A stretch of 64,000 nt of DNA from Spirochaetota bacterium (lineage in GTDB: Bacteria > Spirochaetota > UBA4802 > UBA5550): assembly GCA_963664815.2 (NCBI GenBank), contig CAXXHB010000003.1:928001-992000 (forward strand), given 5' to 3'. The translations under genes were made by a program, and so were the position numbers. The notes beneath the pieces were generated by a model. It saw only the letters and a list, made by a program, of their open reading frames with translations, was not told the DNA's origin and did not search any database. Shown here in pieces: positions 58,895-64,000 of the stretch; position 1 is the first letter of the stretch; each line of letters begins with the position of its first letter.

Positions 58895-59893
58895 GTGACC
58901 TTCAGAGAAGCGCAGTACTATAACAGGAGAGAAGATGCTGCCGAATGTCTGCTCTGCCCTCATCACTGTATTCTCAGGGAAGGGAGGGCTGGTGTATGCG
59001 GAGTCAGGGAGAACAGGGGGGGGAAACTATACACGTTGAATTATGGGGAGATTACATCCTGTGCCATGGATCCAATGGAAAAAAAACCTCTGTACCACTT
59101 CTATCCCGGTACGGAAATCTTTTCAATAGGGACAAAGGGGTGCAATCTGAAATGTCCCTTTTGCCAGAACTGGTCAATATCACAGGATCTTGATGCAAGG
59201 TCGTCATATCGCTCACCGGAAGAGATTGTAAAAATGGCGCTATCCAGCGGATCGAAAGGCATCGCGTATACATATTCAGAGCCGACTGTCTGGTTTGAAT
59301 TTGTTAAGGATACTGCACTGCTCGCAAAAGATAAAGGTCTGAAAAATGTTCTTGTGACAAACGGATATGTGAATCCTGCTCCTCTTGAAGAGTTAAGCGG
59401 TTTTATAGATGCTATGAACATCGACCTGAAGTGTTATAACTCAGACGTTTACAGCACTGTTCTTAAAGGGGGGCTTGAATCTGTAAAGAATACAATAAAA
59501 AAAGCGTATGAACTCGGCTGTTTTATTGAAATTACAACGCTCATTGTAACCGGGATAAACGATAAACTTGAGGAGCTGATGGAGATCGCCGGTTTTATCG
59601 CCTCAATAGATAAAAGAATACCGTGGCACCTGTCACGCTATTATCCTTCATACAGGTATAATAAACCCGCCACGGATGTGAATTTTCTTACCGAAGTATG
59701 GGAGTCTGCAATTGAGGTTCTTGATTACGTCTTTACAGGGAACATCCATCCATCCGATGCGCGGAGTGATACGGTGTGCCCTGAATGCCATACTGTTGTG
59801 ATAAGCAGAAACGGTTATCACACTGTTGTTAAGGAACTTGAAAATGGAAAATGCAACCAGTGCGGCTATGATCTGGGAATAATTCATAAATAA
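58895..59893 (+). CDS. amrS: AmmeMemoRadiSam system radical SAM enzyme
   Basis: CLLCPHHC, DPMEKKPLYHF, GCNLKCPFCQNW, YTYSEP, C-terminal CxxC pairs; GTG start after aggagg. Confidence 0.92.
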   Translation: MTFREAQYYNRREDAAECLLCPHHCILREGRAGVCGVRENRGGKLYTLNYGEITSCAMDPMEKKPLYHFYPGTEIFSIGTKGCNLKCPFCQNWSISQDLDARSSYRSPEEIVKMALSSGSKGIAYTYSEPTVWFEFVKDTALLAKDKGLKNVLVTNGYVNPAPLEELSGFIDAMNIDLKCYNSDVYSTVLKGGLESVKNTIKKAYELGCFIEITTLIVTGINDKLEELMEIAGFIASIDKRIPWHLSRYYPSYRYNKPATDVNFLTEVWESAIEVLDYVFTGNIHPSDARSDTVCPECHTVVISRNGYHTVVKELENGKCNQCGYDLGIIHK

Positions 59894-60123
59894 TGTATCA
59901 GCGTATTAAATTCCGTATCTTCAGCCTGATCCCCTGATCGGGACTTAAAAGAATGCTTTACAAATAAGCCTGAATTATTAAGTAAGTTTATAGAATATAG
60001 AAGCGATATGACCTTCCGAAAGTATAATTTGCCTTCACCTGAAGAGAGGGCAGAGGAACGGTTATTGACGACATTGTGATTTTTTTAATCATACCGGGCA
60101 TAATTGAAAGAATGTGGAGGAAT

Positions 60124-61182
60124 ATGAAAGTGAAAATATTAGTGACAGGAACTGCAGGATTTATAGGATTTCATACTGTTCTTAAACTCATGGATAAGTG
60201 CGATGACATAACCGGTATTGATGCAATAAATGATTACTATGATGTCAACCTTAAGTACGGGAGACTTGCTGAAACGGGAATAGATCGAAGCGATGTTGAG
60301 TATAATATACCGGTTAAAAGTAAGAAGTCCGGTAAGTATAAATTTATAAAACTCAACCTTGAAGACCGTGAGGCAATGAACAGGCTTTTCGAACAGGAGA
60401 AGTTTACACATGTATGCCATCTCGCAGCACAGGCAGGGGTAAGGTACTCAATAGAAAACCCCTATGCATATATCGATTCCAACATCAACGGGTTTATTAA
60501 TATACTTGAATGCTGCAGGAATTATAAGGTTGAACATCTGGTATATGCAAGCAGTTCTTCGGTTTACGGTCTTAATGAAAAAATTCCGTTTTCAACCTCT
60601 GATAATGTAGATCATCCCGTGAGTCTGTACGCTGCAACAAAGAAGAGCAATGAACTTATGGCCCATGCCTACAGTCATCTCTATAAAATTCCTGTTACCG
60701 GACTCAGGTTTTTTACCGTATATGGGCCATGGGGCCGTCCCGATATGGCATACTTCAGTTTCACGAAAGCGATTTCTGAAGGTAAGTCTATCAATATATT
60801 TAATAACGGCGACATGATGCGCGATTTTACTTACATTGATGATATCGTGGAGGGTGTGGTGAGAGTTATATCCCTTGTCCCGCAAGGGAGCAGCAGCTGG
60901 TCCGGGATGAAGCCGGATCCGTCGTGTTCGAAAGCCCCGTATAAAATTTATAACATAGGGAACAACAATCCTGTCAAGCTTCTGGATTTTGTAAGAGTAA
61001 TAGAGAAGGAACTCGGGAAAGAGGGTGATAAGAAGTATCTTCCCATGCAGGCGGGGGATGTTTACGCTACCTATGCTGATGTTGATGATATTGCGAAAGA
61101 TACAGGATTCAGGCCTTCAACCCCGATAGCTGAAGGAATGAGTAAATTTATTCAGTGGTATAAAGGATATTATTCTGTCTGA
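60124..61182 (+). CDS. NAD-dependent epimerase (UDP-glucuronate 4-epimerase type)
   Basis: TGTAGFIG, LAAQAGVRYS, YAATK, RFFTVYGPWGRPDMA. Confidence 0.93.
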   Translation: MKVKILVTGTAGFIGFHTVLKLMDKCDDITGIDAINDYYDVNLKYGRLAETGIDRSDVEYNIPVKSKKSGKYKFIKLNLEDREAMNRLFEQEKFTHVCHLAAQAGVRYSIENPYAYIDSNINGFINILECCRNYKVEHLVYASSSSVYGLNEKIPFSTSDNVDHPVSLYAATKKSNELMAHAYSHLYKIPVTGLRFFTVYGPWGRPDMAYFSFTKAISEGKSINIFNNGDMMRDFTYIDDIVEGVVRVISLVPQGSSSWSGMKPDPSCSKAPYKIYNIGNNNPVKLLDFVRVIEKELGKEGDKKYLPMQAGDVYATYADVDDIAKDTGFRPSTPIAEGMSKFIQWYKGYYSV

Positions 61183-61328
61183 ACTGACAATACTGAAATA
61201 ATTATCTCTCCGGGGAATCTCGCAATAAAAAAGTATATGATGATGGGGAAAGTGTAGTTTTTCCTTTGATTTTCTCACTTTTAACATTCATTTAATGTCT
61301 TTACGGCTTTGCATTAATTGATTATATT

Positions 61329-62954
61329 TTAAAAATCGAATTTTACTCCGAATAAGTGGTATATCTTTGAAAGGTCTTGCTCCCGTTTTTCGTGGTCATT
61401 TATCTCGTTGCGGTAGAAAAGCATCATTACCAGTGATCTGTTAAATCTGACCCCGCACTCTGAGATAATTGTCCATGTGAGGTCGTCCCCTTTTAAACTC
61501 TTTTCTCCAAGTAACAGGTACAGAATTGCAGTGTTATATCCGCATATGTCCCATCGCAGACTGGATTCGGTAGTCCATCTGGTATGAATGTTATTCTCTT
61601 CTGTTATATATCCGCCGGTAAGCTCAAATTCGAAGTTGTTTATCAGATTTAATCCCTTATCAATATTTATTTTACAGTCGGTATTAACAAATCCGGGTTT
61701 CATGCCGGCAGTTCTCATTCTGAGCGCTGCAAGCTGGAAGCTCCAGTTTCCGGATTTGATGATGTTTCCCTCATCATAATTCTTATAGCGGTATAGCGGT
61801 TCTAAAAAGACAGAATCAAAAAGATAGAGTGATAGACCACCCTCATAATATGAATCGATATATGCAGGATACATTCCCGCGTTTTTCCTGAGAGATGAGT
61901 GTAAAAGCGAGGCGTTGAAGAAGACTGCTGTTTCACCGTATTTTATAAGATCAGCGGCGAACAGTGTTTCTGTCCTGTAATTTCTTATATTATCATAAAT
62001 ATAGTGTGCGTATAACCCGGAAAGATGAATTTCGGGAGATAGCCATTTCCCGGATGATGAGCCGGCAGAATGTATTTTATCCGGTTCTGTATCATAAAGT
62101 GCTGTTTCCGCGCGTATACCCGCTCCATAATGATTTTTGTCTTTCGGAAGTTCTCCCGTATTATCAGTAATGTATTCATGCCTTAAATATGGTGTAACTT
62201 CAACCTCACCCTGCAGCACTTTAAGTCCGAACTCCGTGGAACGGTTAAGTCCATATCTGTCCGATATAAAATATTCTGCTGATTCCTGAATGTATGCAGC
62301 GAAATAATCAGTCATGTAATAATCGTATCTTAAAGTAAAATCTGTTGTCCATGTCGCAAAGTAGTTTCTTGTACTGAGAGATCTTCGGGCGGCAATACTG
62401 TAGTTGAAATAGTCATCTTTTGAAAATAATAAAATTCCTTTCCGTCTGACTTTTTCTGCGGCGGCGAATCCGTGAGTCTGCCATTTAATTCCGAAACCAT
62501 ACCATCTTGCGAGCATATCGTCGGAGGTCATTGTGTTTACATAATTGGAACATCTGTGATCGAAGAAAGCTGACAGTGATCCTGTATCGAATTCTTTGCG
62601 GATGTTCAGATAATCTAGATAATACTGAATTTCATGGAAAGCGAAATGTTCACGGTTTTTTTTGCTGTATTCAAGGATTTGTGTCATGGAAAATGAAAAT
62701 ATATATGATTTATACTGAAGGAAGTCAAAATCCGCTATTGATGTAAATGTTCCTGAAAAATCAGAATCATTATTGTAAATATACATCGGATCCATAGAAA
62801 GACGGGCTGCCGGTAAAAAAATCCATAAGCCGGGGTCTGAATTATCATTTGAGATTATGCTGTCACTACCGGCTTCCGCTGCAGAATATACAGAGGAGTT
62901 AATGAAGTAAAATGAGATCAGAAGTACAAATATGTATTTCAGTTTCCCTGTCAT
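61329..62954 (-). CDS. Outer-membrane protein with an internally duplicated beta-barrel
   Basis: Signal peptide, aromatic amphipathic strands, terminal GVKFDF; the two halves share motifs. Confidence 0.7.
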   Translation of the reverse strand: MTGKLKYIFVLLISFYFINSSVYSAAEAGSDSIISNDNSDPGLWIFLPAARLSMDPMYIYNNDSDFSGTFTSIADFDFLQYKSYIFSFSMTQILEYSKKNREHFAFHEIQYYLDYLNIRKEFDTGSLSAFFDHRCSNYVNTMTSDDMLARWYGFGIKWQTHGFAAAEKVRRKGILLFSKDDYFNYSIAARRSLSTRNYFATWTTDFTLRYDYYMTDYFAAYIQESAEYFISDRYGLNRSTEFGLKVLQGEVEVTPYLRHEYITDNTGELPKDKNHYGAGIRAETALYDTEPDKIHSAGSSSGKWLSPEIHLSGLYAHYIYDNIRNYRTETLFAADLIKYGETAVFFNASLLHSSLRKNAGMYPAYIDSYYEGGLSLYLFDSVFLEPLYRYKNYDEGNIIKSGNWSFQLAALRMRTAGMKPGFVNTDCKINIDKGLNLINNFEFELTGGYITEENNIHTRWTTESSLRWDICGYNTAILYLLLGEKSLKGDDLTWTIISECGVRFNRSLVMMLFYRNEINDHEKREQDLSKIYHLFGVKFDF

Positions 62955-63066
62955 TGTATTAACTCATCATATCCAGCTTACTGGAATATAATATCTGCAG
63001 GATTAATAATCCACATAATTACTGATTTAAGCCGGAAGAAATTTTCTGTCAGAATATTTCATTGTT

Positions 63067-63714
63067 TCAAAGAATAAAAACATCTTTGAGTATCATGTAT
63101 GAACTGTTCAGCTTTTTCATCATTTCGTCAGAACCGCCAGGTATGTCGGGGTGATATTTTCCTGCAAGTTCCCTGTAACGGTCTGAAACAGACTTTTTGG
63201 AGAACCTTCCAATACCGAAAAATTCAATTGCCTCATCAATATCCCTCCTGCGGCAGCTGTATACCTTTATTCCATTCATCAGTTTCCTTAAAAGCTCTGA
63301 TTCGCCAAAGGTTATATTATCAGGATCGGTATAGAAATCATGAAGATAATCATACGTTATACTGTTCAGGTAATTCCTGCATTCGTTCTCATGGAGTATA
63401 CAGAATCCTGAAGGCGCGTGGCTGTTGCAGAAAATCCCATTAACAGGGTCATAAAATCCGCAGAGGCCGTTATCGGGTATCCGTATAAGTCTGATTCTCA
63501 TGCAGTCAAGGTGAAGATAGAATCCTTTTAATCCGGCAGAGTGTTTCAGTTTATAAAGCGCGTGATAAAGTGAGAAGTGTTTAACATATAATGTCTGCTG
63601 TTCGCAGGTTTCCATAAAATGTTTTATAATATCGAATTCCATAACAGGCCGTTCTTTTTCTGAAAGATATTCGAATAGCTGATTTTCACTGATTATAATG
63701 AGTTCCGGGTTCAT
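63067..63714 (-). CDS. DnaJ-related protein (C-terminal J domain)
   Basis: RYRELAGKYHPDIPGG; N-terminal KHFSLYHALYKL and FYTDPDN typical of DNAJ_related. Confidence 0.85.
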   Translation of the reverse strand: MNPELIIISENQLFEYLSEKERPVMEFDIIKHFMETCEQQTLYVKHFSLYHALYKLKHSAGLKGFYLHLDCMRIRLIRIPDNGLCGFYDPVNGIFCNSHAPSGFCILHENECRNYLNSITYDYLHDFYTDPDNITFGESELLRKLMNGIKVYSCRRRDIDEAIEFFGIGRFSKKSVSDRYRELAGKYHPDIPGGSDEMMKKLNSSYMILKDVFIL

Positions 63715-64000
63715 TTGTTATCCGGCAAAATATAAGAGCAGAATAAAATTCTGTCAATATTAATTGCCGCAATTACCTGTGGTGGAATAATTGAGCATTT
63801 TTAAATCAGCTAAGATAAGGAGTAATTCCGGTAAAAACTCTTTTAGATGAGGAAAATAATATATCCTGCAACCAGACCGTTTTATATTTTAAGTTTTATG
63901 TATTGACAAATCTGTAACTGTTATTATTGTGTGTTTTGTTAGATTAAGTTCAATAAATTCTTCTAGTTTCCTACCACAAGGTAGTCTTCCTAGTAATATT

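Overview
Bacterial chromosomal window of roughly 38-40% GC (estimated by eye). It most likely comes from an anaerobic Leptospira-related spirochaete. This is inferred from a Leptospira-style dcw order without ftsI, a probable FcpB flagellar-sheath homologue and a minimal SUF/SMS pair. 1-9.3 kb is a defence island downstream of a tRNA-Gly(TCC) 3' end: a type IC R-M system (hsdM, RhuM remnant, KilA-N gene, hsdS with TAEL repeats, PrrC anticodon nuclease, hsdR), an attC-like hairpin and a frameshifted Panacea (DUF4065) antitoxin. 9.7-16 kb is accessory: EamA, AcvB/VirJ, a basic orphan flanked by inverted GATT-periodic repeats, an HExxH beta-barrel protein and an MFS transporter. 16.2-30.5 kb is the dcw cluster (mraZ to ftsZ). 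30.5-41 kb holds a PD40-OmpA protein, a three-gene operon ending in a pore-less voltage-sensor/HAMP protein, REC-HATPase, an FcpB-like gene, smsCB, LysE, a MarR-flavoredoxin fusion and gene remnants. 41.6-52.2 kb is a chemosensory cluster with a poly-HAMP receptor (6 x 273 bp), nested between a HisKA_3 kinase and a NarL-type regulator. 52-64 kb holds a serine hydrolase, DUF5692, cmoAB, amrS, an epimerase, a duplicated beta-barrel protein and a DnaJ-domain protein. The strongest novelty candidates are (i) the voltage-sensor-HAMP operon beside the FcpB-like gene and (ii) short GAT(T)-periodic repeats that bracket small gene cassettes: in-frame direct repeats around KilA-N inside the hsd operon, and inverted copies around a basic orphan. 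All family calls come from motif recognition by eye; no database searches were run.
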